Assembly: GCA_965223265.1 (NCBI GenBank)
Contig: OZ244999.1
Coordinates: forward strand, 3,392,001-3,456,000
Reading direction: 5' to 3'
DNA: 64,000 nucleotides
Source of the DNA: Planctomycetota bacterium
Lineage (GTDB): Bacteria; Planctomycetota; UBA8108; SXIK01
A model generated the notes under the pieces. The model was not told the origin of the DNA and did no database searches. It saw only the letters and a program-made list of their open reading frames with translations. Made by a program: the position numbers and the translations under genes. Below are positions 1 to 10,500 of this stretch, in pieces. How positions within the stretch are numbered: the first letter of the stretch is position 1; each line of letters begins with the position of its first letter.

Positions 1-164
1 GGCTCGTCGCGTTCGACCCAATTCTCGCCAAGGAGGCCTGACGGGAATTCGCTGAGCGCTTTGATGGGTTGCACGAAACGCGGCGTCTCGACAATCTTGT
101 CGTGAACGAAGCGGATTCCAAACGCGACCCATAGGACTGAGGCGAGCACAACCAGTCGATTCAC
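1..164 (-). CDS. Exosortase-associated EpsI-family protein, 5' part only (runs off the window)
   Basis: GTG overlaps the exosortase TGA (GTGA, 161-164). Open frame MNRLVVLASVLWVAFGIRFVHDKIVETPRFVQPIKALSEFPSGLLGENWVERDE has an N-terminal TM segment and an 'LSEFP...W' EpsI-like motif. Not in the ORF track. Confidence 0.65.
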   Translation of the reverse strand, partial: MNRLVVLASVLWVAFGIRFVHDKIVETPRFVQPIKALSEFPSGLLGENWVERDE

Positions 165-1108
165 AACACTTCGCCCTCCTGCGGCTTCGGGGGAAACACC
201 CACGCGAAGAAGCGGTAGCCGGCAAAGAGGAGGAGGAGACTGAGCACAAAGACTGCGACCCCCACAGCATCGTGCGCGAACCCGCTCGTCAGATCGATGT
301 TGAACTTGTGTAGGCAGGCAGCGACGACGCAAATCCTCACTACATTGACGGCGATCGTTACCGGCACAGCCGTCAGCGTCAGCAGGATGGCTGCCGGCCA
401 GCGGAGCGCGAAGAGGTACGCCATAAGCGTTGACGTCGCTGTGATCGCAACGAGCGAACGGATGCCGCTGCAGGCGTCAGCGACCTCGAGCTGCACGCTA
501 CCAAGGAGGAGCACGTTGCCTTCGGGAAAGGCCGGGACGCCAGTTCGTAGGAGCAATTCGGCGGAGAGGGAGGTGGCGATGGATTTGAGTCCAATGCGGA
601 CGGGCTCGAGGATTGGATTCGGGGGCGGAATGCAGAATAGAAGGAAAAAGAACGGGAACGGGTGCGCTCGCATGAACGCGCGGCCAGTCGCGAACCAAAC
701 CGCCCCCACGATACTCATCCAGAGGGCCAAACGTTCCACCGAGTGGATCGCGGTCAGTCGACCCGCAGCGAAGAGGAGGAGGCCGGTGGCGAGTAAGAAA
801 GCGCCCGCTCGATCGTGTTGACGCGGTAGCTGTGCGATCTCGCGGCGGCGGCCATAGAGGATCGCCGCGGAGATGATCGGAACGAGAAAACCATGCGAGA
901 ACTCGTCATGACGTGACCAATACTCCACGACGGCAACGAGCGTTGGCCAGAATAGCCCCACAAATCCCACGATAGCGAGGATCAGCGGGACTCGAGATCG
1001 CTCGAGAAAGCTCCCAATGGGAGCTATGGAGGTAGATGCGCGGGTGGGAATGGACATACGGCCACAACACCGGAAGATGATCAGGATTCCTATCCAGCGG
1101 CTGGACAT
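161..1108 (-). CDS. Exosortase (EpsH/Xrt family transpeptidase)
   Basis: Multi-TM protein with 'FSHGFLVP' and catalytic Cys/Arg/His motifs VADACSGIRS, NVVRI and AHDAVG. True start may be ATG 1057. Confidence 0.93.
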   Translation of the reverse strand: MSSRWIGILIIFRCCGRMSIPTRASTSIAPIGSFLERSRVPLILAIVGFVGLFWPTLVAVVEYWSRHDEFSHGFLVPIISAAILYGRRREIAQLPRQHDRAGAFLLATGLLLFAAGRLTAIHSVERLALWMSIVGAVWFATGRAFMRAHPFPFFFLLFCIPPPNPILEPVRIGLKSIATSLSAELLLRTGVPAFPEGNVLLLGSVQLEVADACSGIRSLVAITATSTLMAYLFALRWPAAILLTLTAVPVTIAVNVVRICVVAACLHKFNIDLTSGFAHDAVGVAVFVLSLLLLFAGYRFFAWVFPPKPQEGEVL

Positions 1109-1172
1109 TATAGCTCGTTACGGGAGGCGAACTACCGTGTTCTTGCGCGCTGTTGCTGACAGTGAAACGGGG

Positions 1173-1188
1173 TGCAATCGCCATGCCT
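1173..1188 (-). promoter_or_regulatory. Sigma-54 (-24/-12) promoter for the exosortase operon
   Basis: Minus strand reads aGGCAT-ggcga-TTGCA, with exact GG-N10-GC spacing, about 65 bp upstream of the exosortase ORF. Confidence 0.65.
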
Positions 1189-1577
1189 ACGTTACCGGAC
1201 GGTAGCGAGCGCCGGTGACGTGAGGCCTCCTATTCTCTCCTCGGCGAGCTTCGAAATCCCTCAGGTTTTCTCTGACTGGTCTCCAGGCGACCCATTGTCC
1301 CCGGCCTCAACGTTCTTCGACTGAACCACAGATCCGTGAGGAGGTCGCTCAACTTGGACAACCACGTTGCTCTTTCTATAATGAGCTGCCGACGATAGAA
1401 GGAGACCGCGAGCAGTGCGTCCCGTCGAGTTGAGCCGGAATCTGCTGTTCTGGCGTGGACTCGATCCGGACCAGATGCAAGCCATGGCCACCCAGCGCGC
1501 GCACCTCAGGCGACGCTAGTTCGAACATGCATAGACCTATCCGACCCGAGACGTTTCGTTCTCGGCCACGCTCCCTA

Positions 1578-1734
1578 CGCAGGGTCATTGAGAAAAAAAT
1601 CCGGCCGAGAAACTGAACTCTTCATGCCCAACTTGGGGCAATACTGGAAAGTCCCGAAGATGATGTGCGTTTGTCCCGGCCAATCTGGACGCGAATGACT
1701 CGATCTCGACTCGAAACACTTTTTCAGCCGGCTG
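1578..1734 (-). mobile_element. MITE family B, diverged copy
   Basis: Reverse complement CAGCCGGCTGAAAAAGTGTTTCGAG...GCGTCCAGATTGGCCG...CAGTTTCTCGGCCG...TTCTCAATGACCCTG aligns with the copies at 7351, 39898 and 59854. Confidence 0.75.
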
Positions 1735-1785
1735 TTGGGCGTCTGCCCGGCCCTCTGTTCTACGGTTTGCAGACTCCGGTATTCG

Positions 1786-3162
1786 ATGAACGACTTTAGA
1801 TCCGAGTTTGCCGACAACACGACGCTTCACCCCGTCAGTATCGCGGCCGTGATCATCCTTGGGACGGCGCTGATCGCCCTGCCGCGCCGTTTTGCGACGT
1901 TCCCGCTCGTGCTCGTCGCCTGCTTTATTCCTGTCGCTCAACGACTCGTTGTCGCAGGCTTCGATTTCTCGTTGTTGCGTTTGATGATTCTCTTTGGCTG
2001 GACCCGGCTCTTCACGCGCGACGAAATCGCAGGGTTTCGATGGAAACGATTGGATACGCTGATCTGCCTTTGGGCTGCCGCGAAGATCATCACCTTCACG
2101 ATCTGTTTCGGAACGGTCGGCGCTTTCGTCAACCGATTGGGTGGCGCTTTCGAGGCGGTAGGGCTCTATTTTCTCTTTCGGTGCTTGTTGCAAAACCTTG
2201 ACGACGTCGACGCGACGATTCGTAGCTTTATGATCGTGAGCATCCCGGTAGCGTTTGTCTTCATGATCGAAAACATGACCCGGCACAATTTGTTTTCGGT
2301 GTTCGGTGGCGTGCCTGCTGTGACCATGATTCGAGACGGCCGGCTGCGCTGTCAGGGCGCGTTTTCCCATCCCATCATCGCGGGCTGTTTCTGGGCTACG
2401 CTCATCCCCTTAATGGCAGCGCGCTGGTGGAGAGCCCGAGCCCGAACGTTCGTCGTTGCGGCATTTGCCGCCTCCTTCGCAATCATCATTTTCGTTGCCT
2501 CGAGCACGCCGCTCGCGGGCGTGGCGGCTGCCGTGCTCGGCGCAGCGCTATTCCCAATGCGCGAAAACATGCGGGCGCTTCGTTGGAGTTTTGTGTTTGT
2601 CGTTGTTTGTCTTGACATCGTCATGAAAGCCCCGGTTTGGCACCTCATCTCGCGCGTCGATCTTGTCGGTGGATCGACCGGGTACCATAGATATCTTCTC
2701 GTCGATAGCGCGATTCGGAACTTCAACGAGTGGTGGTTGGTCGGCACGGCGTCAACACATCATTGGGGGCATATGATGTACGATGTCGCGAACCAATACG
2801 TGCTCGAGGGTGTGCAGGGGGGGGCCATTTCACTGCTCTTGTTTCTTTTGATGGTGGCGACCGCCTTCGGGGGCGTCGGTCGTTTTTGGCGCTCGGTGAA
2901 ACACGATAAGGGCCAGGTGATCATGGCGTGGGCGCTTGGCATTTCCCTCTTCGTACACACGGTGAATTTCATCGGCGTGTCTTACTTCGGACAGATCACC
3001 ATGCTGTGGTTTATGTTGCTTGCGATTATTGTCACGTTGGATCCAGCCGGTGCCGCGCCGCAGACGTCACGAGTTGTTGAGGAGGAGGACGACGAGCGCT
3101 CGACCGCGAAGATCCAGAGCCAGCCGCGACGAACTCCGTATCTGGGCGCTTTGGTGAGGTGA
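1786..3162 (+). CDS. O-antigen ligase / Wzy polymerase-like membrane protein
   Basis: About 11-12 TM segments with 'RCQGAFSHPI' and 'DVANQY' motifs, in a polysaccharide locus. Start moved to ATG 1786 because the ORF-track TTG sits at the MITE edge. Confidence 0.75.
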   Translation: MNDFRSEFADNTTLHPVSIAAVIILGTALIALPRRFATFPLVLVACFIPVAQRLVVAGFDFSLLRLMILFGWTRLFTRDEIAGFRWKRLDTLICLWAAAKIITFTICFGTVGAFVNRLGGAFEAVGLYFLFRCLLQNLDDVDATIRSFMIVSIPVAFVFMIENMTRHNLFSVFGGVPAVTMIRDGRLRCQGAFSHPIIAGCFWATLIPLMAARWWRARARTFVVAAFAASFAIIIFVASSTPLAGVAAAVLGAALFPMRENMRALRWSFVFVVVCLDIVMKAPVWHLISRVDLVGGSTGYHRYLLVDSAIRNFNEWWLVGTASTHHWGHMMYDVANQYVLEGVQGGAISLLLFLLMVATAFGGVGRFWRSVKHDKGQVIMAWALGISLFVHTVNFIGVSYFGQITMLWFMLLAIIVTLDPAGAAPQTSRVVEEEDDERSTAKIQSQPRRTPYLGALVR

Positions 3163-3298
3163 ATTCCCGCACTCCCGACACGCTTCTCGTCGCCGCCAAC
3201 ATGGCTGATACAGTCGTGGTGTTGAAAAGCGGCGCCGGGGCCGACGAGCTTTCACCGCCACGTCGACAAGGACTCCGATCTCCTCACCGAAAACGCAC

Positions 3299-4078
3299 TT
3301 GACCTACGAGATGACATCTACACCGACTGTCGCGTTCGTTTGCCTTGTCAATCGTCATGACGAGTACGACGCGACGCGAAGGACCCTCGAACCACAGTTT
3401 TCGAGCGGCGATCTGGAGTGCATTCCCGTTCGTGCCGACGAACGAAAGTGGAACGCAGCGGTTGGCTTGAATCACGGTATTGATGCGAGCTCGGCTGATT
3501 GGATCGTCTGCGCCCACCAAGACGTGCGCTTTCCGTCGTCGTGGTGGGAACGAGCCTCCGCACAGCTTCGATCTTGGCGTGGAACAGTAGGTATTGCGGG
3601 GTTGGTTGGCGTTCAGCGCTCGGGAAGATTCGTCGGGCATGTCGTTGATCCGCACGGACACTGTCGTTGGCGTCCCTTGCCGGCGCGCGTCTGCAGTGTT
3701 GACGAGCATGTGATCATCATTCGTCGCGACAGCGGTCTGCGGTTCGATCCAGAGAATCCACACTTTCACTGTTATGGAACCGATATTGCGTTGACAGCGG
3801 CGCGTGACGGCCAGGACGCCATCGTGATCGATGCCCCGGTCTTGCATCTTTCGGGAGGGAAACTCGACGATCGATTTGGAGTTGCATCGGAGTGGCTACT
3901 TGAGAAATGGGGGGGCAGCATGAACGACGTTATTCCAACGTGCGCCGCTGTGATCGCGCGTCAGCGGCACAGGAATTCCCTGCGACGACTACGGGTCCGA
4001 CTGACCCGGCGCCAAAGCCGGACCCGGCGTCACTGCGACTGTGAGTTTGATGTTTCGGAGTTGGTTGATGAGAGCTGA
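3299..4078 (+). CDS. Glycosyltransferase, GT2-like (GT-A fold)
   Basis: Motifs 'GLNHGI...WIVCAHQDV', 'SVDE', 'FHCYGTDI' and 'VLHLSGG'. Confidence 0.85.
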   Translation: MTYEMTSTPTVAFVCLVNRHDEYDATRRTLEPQFSSGDLECIPVRADERKWNAAVGLNHGIDASSADWIVCAHQDVRFPSSWWERASAQLRSWRGTVGIAGLVGVQRSGRFVGHVVDPHGHCRWRPLPARVCSVDEHVIIIRRDSGLRFDPENPHFHCYGTDIALTAARDGQDAIVIDAPVLHLSGGKLDDRFGVASEWLLEKWGGSMNDVIPTCAAVIARQRHRNSLRRLRVRLTRRQSRTRRHCDCEFDVSELVDES

Positions 4079-5501
4079 GACAGCTCCTCTCTCGGTGCTG
4101 ATTGTCGCGTACTATTTTCCCCCACACGGCGGAGCCGGTACGCAGCGGTTCGCCAAGTTCGTCCAGTACTTGCCTGAGTTCGGGGTCACACCGATCGTCG
4201 TCACCTCCGACGCACGCGACACAAATCCGAACGCACCGGTGCGCGACGACGCCATTCAAGTTCCGCCGGGAACAAAAGTCATCCGCGTCGCAGGCGAGTC
4301 GACCCCGCGCACGCTGATGCAGCGCATTCGACGCCGTGCAAGGTTGATCGCGGACTACGACGAATGGGTAGCGCTCGCCTGGCCTGTTGTTGAGGCTGCG
4401 ATCGAAGAGCACCGTCCGGACGCCGTCATCACGACACTGTCACCGTACGCAGCATCTGACCTGGGGATCCGTGTTCAGCGCCGTTTCCGTCTGCCGTGGA
4501 TCGTCGACCTGCGAGACCCGTGGGCACTGGATGGCTGGAGAGTCTACCCCACCTACATCCACGCGCTTTTCGATCTTAACCGCATGCGGCGTACCTTATC
4601 CCTGGCAGACATCGTTGTTGCGAATACACCCGCATCTCGACGCGAATACGAGAATCTAGTGCCTGCTGCGAGGGGCAAAACGTGGACGATCTCGAATGGG
4701 TTTGATCCGGCAGATTTTTCCGGGGGAACTCAGAGCGGGGACCGCGAAACCTTCTCGAGTCGGTCGTGTGAGGAGGGTGGCGACGTCTTCCGATTGGCTC
4801 ACATCGGCACGCTTCACAATGTCGACGAGCCTCGGCCGACGTTTTTTGAACGATGCCGGCAGAAGAGCTGGCGCCGAGTTGAGTATTCGGCAAGATCAGG
4901 TCGTCATCTCTTTGAGGCTGTCGCGAGACTGAAACGATCCGCCCCCGACTTGTTCGCGCATCTGCGCCTCGAATTGGTCGGGATCGTCCATCCTAGTCAT
5001 CGACGACTGGCGGCGAGACTGGACATCTCCGATCACGTTTTCGAGCATGGCTATCAGCGACATCGAGATTCGCTCAAGATCCTCGAGCGCAGCTCTGCGG
5101 TATTCCTCCCACTTCATGCGATTCCCGACGGGGAGGAGGCGCTCATCGTTCCTGGTAAGACTTACGAAGCACTCGCGAGCGGAAAACACATCATCGCGGC
5201 GTTTCCAGACGGAGACGGAAAGCGGCTCATAGAGATGAGTGGAGCCGGTCGAGTGTGCAGTCCGACTTCAGCGTCGGGACTCTACGAAGCGCTCCGCGAG
5301 GCCATCGCGCTCTGGCGTGACGGGAGTCCCTGCTTGGGTGCGCGACGAGCTGATCTGGAACCATTCACCAGAAGAAGTTTAACGCGTCGACTCGCCGCTG
5401 CGATTGGTTTCGTTACCGGACGACGGCACGAAGCCTTGCTCGACGACCCCTGGAAAGAACTGGAGCGACGAATCGAAGAACGCGGCAGTGCTGTCTCCTG
5501 A
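4068..5501 (+). CDS. Glycosyltransferase, GT4 family (GT-B fold)
   Basis: Motifs 'AYYFPPHGGAGTQR', 'DLRDPW', 'ISNGFDPADF' and 'PGKTYEALASGK'. Confidence 0.9.
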   Translation: MRAETAPLSVLIVAYYFPPHGGAGTQRFAKFVQYLPEFGVTPIVVTSDARDTNPNAPVRDDAIQVPPGTKVIRVAGESTPRTLMQRIRRRARLIADYDEWVALAWPVVEAAIEEHRPDAVITTLSPYAASDLGIRVQRRFRLPWIVDLRDPWALDGWRVYPTYIHALFDLNRMRRTLSLADIVVANTPASRREYENLVPAARGKTWTISNGFDPADFSGGTQSGDRETFSSRSCEEGGDVFRLAHIGTLHNVDEPRPTFFERCRQKSWRRVEYSARSGRHLFEAVARLKRSAPDLFAHLRLELVGIVHPSHRRLAARLDISDHVFEHGYQRHRDSLKILERSSAVFLPLHAIPDGEEALIVPGKTYEALASGKHIIAAFPDGDGKRLIEMSGAGRVCSPTSASGLYEALREAIALWRDGSPCLGARRADLEPFTRRSLTRRLAAAIGFVTGRRHEALLDDPWKELERRIEERGSAVS

Positions 5502-5707
5502 CGTCGAAACCGACGGTTCCGTACCCACTTCGACTCTTCCGACGGGTCCGTCCACCGCTGGGCGAATTGCCGATATTTTTCGAGGACGGTTCAATTTCGG
5601 ATCCGTTAAGCTCCGCCACGATGAACGGTCGAAGTCTAAAGATGTGCACACGTCTTACGCTGCACGTCTGTCTGTTGCAGCACACTTGACTCCTGGCTCT
5701 TCTTTCG

Positions 5708-6442
5708 ATGTCTGCTCGTTTGACTCCGACAACCACGACTCCTGAAGACGCAATCACTGCGGTCGACGATGGGCCAACGAGTCCCTCGTGTCCGCTCGTA
5801 AGTTGCCTCAACTTTCACGGGGTAGGTACTCCTTGCCGCGAGCTCGAGCCTGGTGAGCAAGACTTTTGGATCTCCGCTGAGTCATTCGAGGCGATACTCA
5901 CAGCCGTCGGGTCGCTTGGGCCCGTCATGATTACCGTAGACGATGGGAACAAGTCTGACGTGGAGACCGTGCTTCCGATCTTGCAGCGGTTCTCTCTCTC
6001 TGCGACTTTCTTCGTCGTTGCGGGACGTGTGAATGCGCCTGGGTTTCTTTCCGCGGACGACATCAGATGCCTGACGGAAGCGGGCATGCGCATCGGCTCG
6101 CACGGCATGACGCACCGGTGCTGGCGTGGCATGACTCAGAGGCAGATGAACGAAGAGTTCGTCGCTGCGAGGAAGTGTCTCGAAACGGTGGTGGGGGAAC
6201 CGGTCGACGAAGCGGCCTGTCCGTTTGGAAGCTACGGCCGCCGAGTGCTGTCACAATTGCGTCAACTCGGCTACCGGCGTGTCTACACAAGTGACGGCGC
6301 ACCGCCGAGGCCCGGCGCGTGGCTCATGTCTCGACTGCCGATTCGACGCCGTCATTCTGCGCAGCAGATCGCCGAAGAGATCGCACGTCAGCGCGGGCAC
6401 TGGTTCAGACGGTTCAAAATGATGCTGAAGCAGCTCGTCTGA
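5708..6442 (+). CDS. Polysaccharide deacetylase (CE4/NodB family)
   Basis: Motifs 'ITVDDG', 'IGSHGMTH' and 'ACPFG'. Confidence 0.9.
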   Translation: MSARLTPTTTTPEDAITAVDDGPTSPSCPLVSCLNFHGVGTPCRELEPGEQDFWISAESFEAILTAVGSLGPVMITVDDGNKSDVETVLPILQRFSLSATFFVVAGRVNAPGFLSADDIRCLTEAGMRIGSHGMTHRCWRGMTQRQMNEEFVAARKCLETVVGEPVDEAACPFGSYGRRVLSQLRQLGYRRVYTSDGAPPRPGAWLMSRLPIRRRHSAQQIAEEIARQRGHWFRRFKMMLKQLV

Positions 6443-6454
6443 CCGCACATGTAA

Positions 6455-6605
6455 GCTGCGCGCAGAGAAAGTCATTCGGCCGAGAAACAGAGCCGCTCAC
6501 GCCCAACTCGACCGCGTACTCGCCGTGCTCGTATGATCAACAGGCCCGACGAGGACTACAGTCGAGATGGGCACGAATGACTCGGTTTTCGACTTCGAGA
6601 CGACT
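6455..6605 (-). mobile_element. MITE family B, degenerate copy
   Basis: Reverse complement contains CGCGGTCGAGTTGGGCGTGAG...GTTTCTCGGCCGAATGACTTTCTC, matching the right half of the 39898 copy. The terminal repeats are eroded. Confidence 0.6.
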
Positions 6606-6625
6606 ACGCCTCAAACGCAATCGAT

Positions 6626-7057
6626 TTACGGAGCCAGTGCGTCTGCTGCAAGTTCGTCCGACGGCAAGCTCTCGTTGCCGTACCAGTCGTACGCGGCCAC
6701 CGAGATGTAGTACCGTCCCGGCGCCAGGTCCTGGAGGACGACACTGGTGAGACTTCCGACGTCCGTCGCGGTGTCGTACTGTCCGCTGGTCGGGCCGTCG
6801 TAAACAACGTAGCCGGCGACATCATTGGCTACCGTGCCATCGGGGTTCGTAGAGACGGGATCCCACTCGATGGCAATGCTTGCTGCGCCTTCCTCTGGTC
6901 GCTCGGGAGTCTCGTTTGGAGACTGCACATCCGTCGGCGTAGACGGATCCACGCCTCGATTGGCAACGTCGGATTCTTCGCCGCAACCGATGCACATCGC
7001 AAGAGCGCAAGCGACTGCGACCCGTCGCCAGCTCGTCAAGGTCGTTTTCTGTAACAT
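6626..7057 (-). CDS. Putative lipoprotein with a fibronectin type III domain
   Basis: Signal peptide ending in the lipobox-like 'MCIGC'. FN3 pattern 'EWDP...VAGYVVY...LAPGRYYISVAAYD..GNES..S'. Purine-rich RBS before ATG 7057. Confidence 0.8.
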   Translation of the reverse strand: MLQKTTLTSWRRVAVACALAMCIGCGEESDVANRGVDPSTPTDVQSPNETPERPEEGAASIAIEWDPVSTNPDGTVANDVAGYVVYDGPTSGQYDTATDVGSLTSVVLQDLAPGRYYISVAAYDWYGNESLPSDELAADALAP

Positions 7058-7135
7058 GACTCTCTCCCCGCTTTTCTCCTTACGTCGCGAACGAGACTTC
7101 GAAACGAACGAAACGGAACCAACGATTACCGGCCT

Positions 7136-7151
7136 TGCAACGCAAGTGCCG
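7136..7151 (-). promoter_or_regulatory. Sigma-54 (-24/-12) promoter for the FN3 lipoprotein gene
   Basis: Minus strand reads cGGCAC-ttgcg-TTGCA, a near-consensus match about 80 bp upstream of ATG 7057. Confidence 0.72.
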
Positions 7152-7350
7152 ATATCCAAACATCTCCCCTAACATTGTTGATCATTGGCAGTTGTATCGC
7201 GTCGTCAGGAGTCCAGGGCGAGTGAGGGACCGGTAAGAATTGCCACGATCGAGTTTTCGGCCGGGGCGAAATGCCTTGGTGGTGCAGCCGTGACCACAAA
7301 TGAAGTCAGCGCGCTCGCAGCGATGGCCGATGGAGAGAGTAGTCGTCTAA

Positions 7351-7509
7351 CAGCCGGTTGAATGAGTGCTTCGAGTCGAGGACTGGTCGCTCCGTGTTCG
7401 GATCGGCCGTGGCAAGCGCATGGAGTCTCCGAGATTCTCGAGTGTTGACACGGTCCAGCTGGGCGTAAAGAAGCCAGTTCCTCGGCCGAGTGACTCTTTC
7501 AACAGGCTG
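7351..7509 (+). mobile_element. MITE family B, full copy with CTAA flanking duplication
   Basis: Imperfect TIRs CAGCCGGTTGAATGAGT and ACTCTTTCAACAGGCTG. CTAA lies on both sides (7347-7350 and 7510-7513). Ends 45 bp upstream of the NRPS ATG. Confidence 0.8.
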
Positions 7510-7554
7510 CTAACCGTCTCTCTGCAGTTGCATGCCGCCGCCTGAGGTTTCCCC

Positions 7555-10500
7555 ATGCCGAAGAACGAACACGACGCTGTATTCGTCGGAAACGACGTCT
7601 TGCTAATCGAGTGTGCCCGTCGTTGGAGGGAGCGTGGCCACGCCGTAAGCCGTGTCGTGACCGAGGCAAAGAAGGTGTCCATGTGGGCTCAAGCTGAAGG
7701 CATCTCAGTGTGCACAAGTGCGGAGGCCGCGTGGGAAGACCGCGAGAGCACTGATTTCCTCTTCAGCATTAGCTACCTTGATGTCCTGCCGCGCGAGGCG
7801 ATCTCGCTAGCGACAGAGGGGGCGATCAACTTCCACGACGGCCCGTTGCCGCGATATGCTGGCCTCAACACTCCAGTATGGGCACTCATCAACCGCGAGA
7901 ACAAGTACGGCATCACTTGGCATTTGCTTGAGTCGCAGATCGACGCCGGAGACATTGTCTGTCAGCGGCTTTTCGATCTCGAGCCAGGTGATACAGCTGT
8001 GTCCGTTAACACGAAGTGTTTTCAAGCCGCAATTGACGGTTTTGAAGAATTGCTCGATCGACTCGAACGTGGAGAGCTCGAACGTCGGGCGCAAGATCAA
8101 ACGCAGCGAAGCTACTACAGAAAGTACCAGCGGCCTCCGGCTGCGTGCGTGATCGACTGGACTCGGTCGGCCAAGGAGATCGAGGCACTGGTTCGCGCTC
8201 TCGACTTTGGGCGCTACCGAAACCCCGTGGGCGTCGCGAAGCTCGTTAAACAAGGAAAGGCTTTCTGCGTCCGAAAAGCTCGAATCGGCGCTGATGAGAA
8301 CGACGCGTCTCCGGGAACCGTGATCGCGGTCGAGCCGGCTGAAATCACTGTCGCGACTGGCGACGGCCTCCTAGCCATTCAGAGTGTGTCAACGCTGGAA
8401 GGACGGGAGGTCAGTCTTGATGATCTTGCGACCGAGCTCCGTCTGACTCCCGGGGCTCGCCTGGACCTGTTGTCGCCGGAGATGCATGAAGAGCTGACGG
8501 GGTATGCTGAATCGCTAGCCCGTTCAGAGGAGTTCTGGGCGCAGCGTTTGCACGAGCTTTCGCCGCTTGACGCCCGCGCCTTGTTCCCGGAGCGAGCCGG
8601 CGGCCGTTTGACGAACACCTCAGCTCGATCGTTGCCGATTGCTGTGCCGCGTTCGTTCGCAGAGGCGTTCACCAATCTGGGACTGGCGGAAGCACTTTCC
8701 GGCGCGATAGGGGCGTATCTGTCCCGCCTCTGCAATGAGCACGAGTTCGACATAGGATTCGTGGGAGACGCACTTCGTCGACAGAGTGCGCGTTTCGATG
8801 CTTTCACCACGCCGGTCGTGCCGCTTCATTTTCGTTTCGCGCCTGACCAACGTTTCGACACGTTCATGAATTCACTGATCTGGGAACTGGACCAGGTCCG
8901 CACCCACCAGACGTGGTTGCGAGATCTTGTCTCAAGAGTTTCTGACTTGCACGGGCGTGTCGATTTGACGCGTCGTAGTGTGTGCCCGATCGTGATCTCG
9001 GTACAAGAACCAGGCGAAACGCTTCATCTGGCCGATGCTGATCTGGCTTTCGCGATCACAGATGATTTTGAAGCCTGCCACTGCATCTTCAACTCGAGCA
9101 TCTTTGACAGCGCCGCCGTAGTCGCGCTGGTTGCACGCCTTGAGGCATTCTTGGCTCAGATAGCGAGTCAACCAGACGCGCCGATCTCGGCGCTGAATCT
9201 GCTTCCGGATGCCGAGCGCGAAAAGTTGATCTGTGAATGGAATCAGACGGAAGTCGACGTCCCGCAGGACGTCTGTGTTCATCAGTTGATCGAAGAACAA
9301 GCGAGAAAATCCCCGAGTGCCGTCGCTGTCGTTGTTGACGAACGGGAGTTCACGTACGAACAACTGGATGAGCGCGCGAACGAGCTAGCGGCTTACCTTG
9401 CCCACCGGGGTGTCGGGCCGGAGTCGATTGTCGGCATTTGCCTCGAGCGATCGATTGACGCACTAGTCTCGATCATCGGTATCCACAAGGCGGGTGGCTG
9501 TTATCTTCCCCTCGACCCGTCACTGCCGCGCGACCGTATCGCTTTCGTCCTCAAGGATTCTCAGGCGAGCTTGGTACTGACACACGAGGCTCTGAGGTCG
9601 ACGCTTCCGGATGGTGAGTTTGAGCTCGTCTCCATCGACGCCGAGTGGGATGAAATTCGCGCCACGGAGGTTCCCCCCGTCGCGGCGCTCCCGGTCGGTG
9701 CAAACGCTGCCTACGTCACGTATACGTCCGGGTCGACCGGTAGCCCAAAGGGTGTCGTGGTGGAGCACCGCAACGTCGTCAATTTCTTCGTCGCCATGGA
9801 TCGCTGCATCGGCAACGACGCCGGTGGCGTTTGGCTCGCCGTGACGAACTTGTCCTTCGATATCTCGGTTCTTGAACTGCTCTGGACTCTGGCGCGCGGA
9901 TTCAAAATTGTTCTCTACAGCGGGTCGGAAAGTCATAGGCCTCGCAAAAGGAAAACAACAGCCGCTAGCGTGGCGCTAAGCCTTTACTACTTCTCAAGCC
10001 ACGAGGGCGCCGATGATCGTCGCTATCGGCTCCTCCACGAGGGAGCGAAATTCGCGGACGAGCATGGATTCGAGGCTGTGTGGACCCCGGAGCGGCATTT
10101 TCACGCCTTCGGTGGTCTTTATCCTAACCCGGCGGTAACGAGCGCTGCCCTCGCGACAATCACCCAGCGGGTTCACCTTCGCGCCGGGAGCGTCGTCCTG
10201 CCACTTCACCATCCAATTCGCGTTGCAGAGGATTGGGCGGTCGTGGACAACCTCTCGGGCGGCCGAGTTGGGATTTCGTTCGCGTCAGGCTGGCAGCCGG
10301 CAGATTTCGTCTTGGCGCCGGAGAACTATGCCGACGCGAAGGAAATCATGTTTCGAAACATTGAGCTCGTCCAGCGTTTGTGGCGAGGCGAGACGGTGAA
10401 CTTTCCTGGTCCCAAAGGTGATGTTTCAGTACGAACGCTGCCGCGCCCGACTCAATCAGAGCTGCCGACCTGGGTGACGACGGCGGGGAACATCGACACC

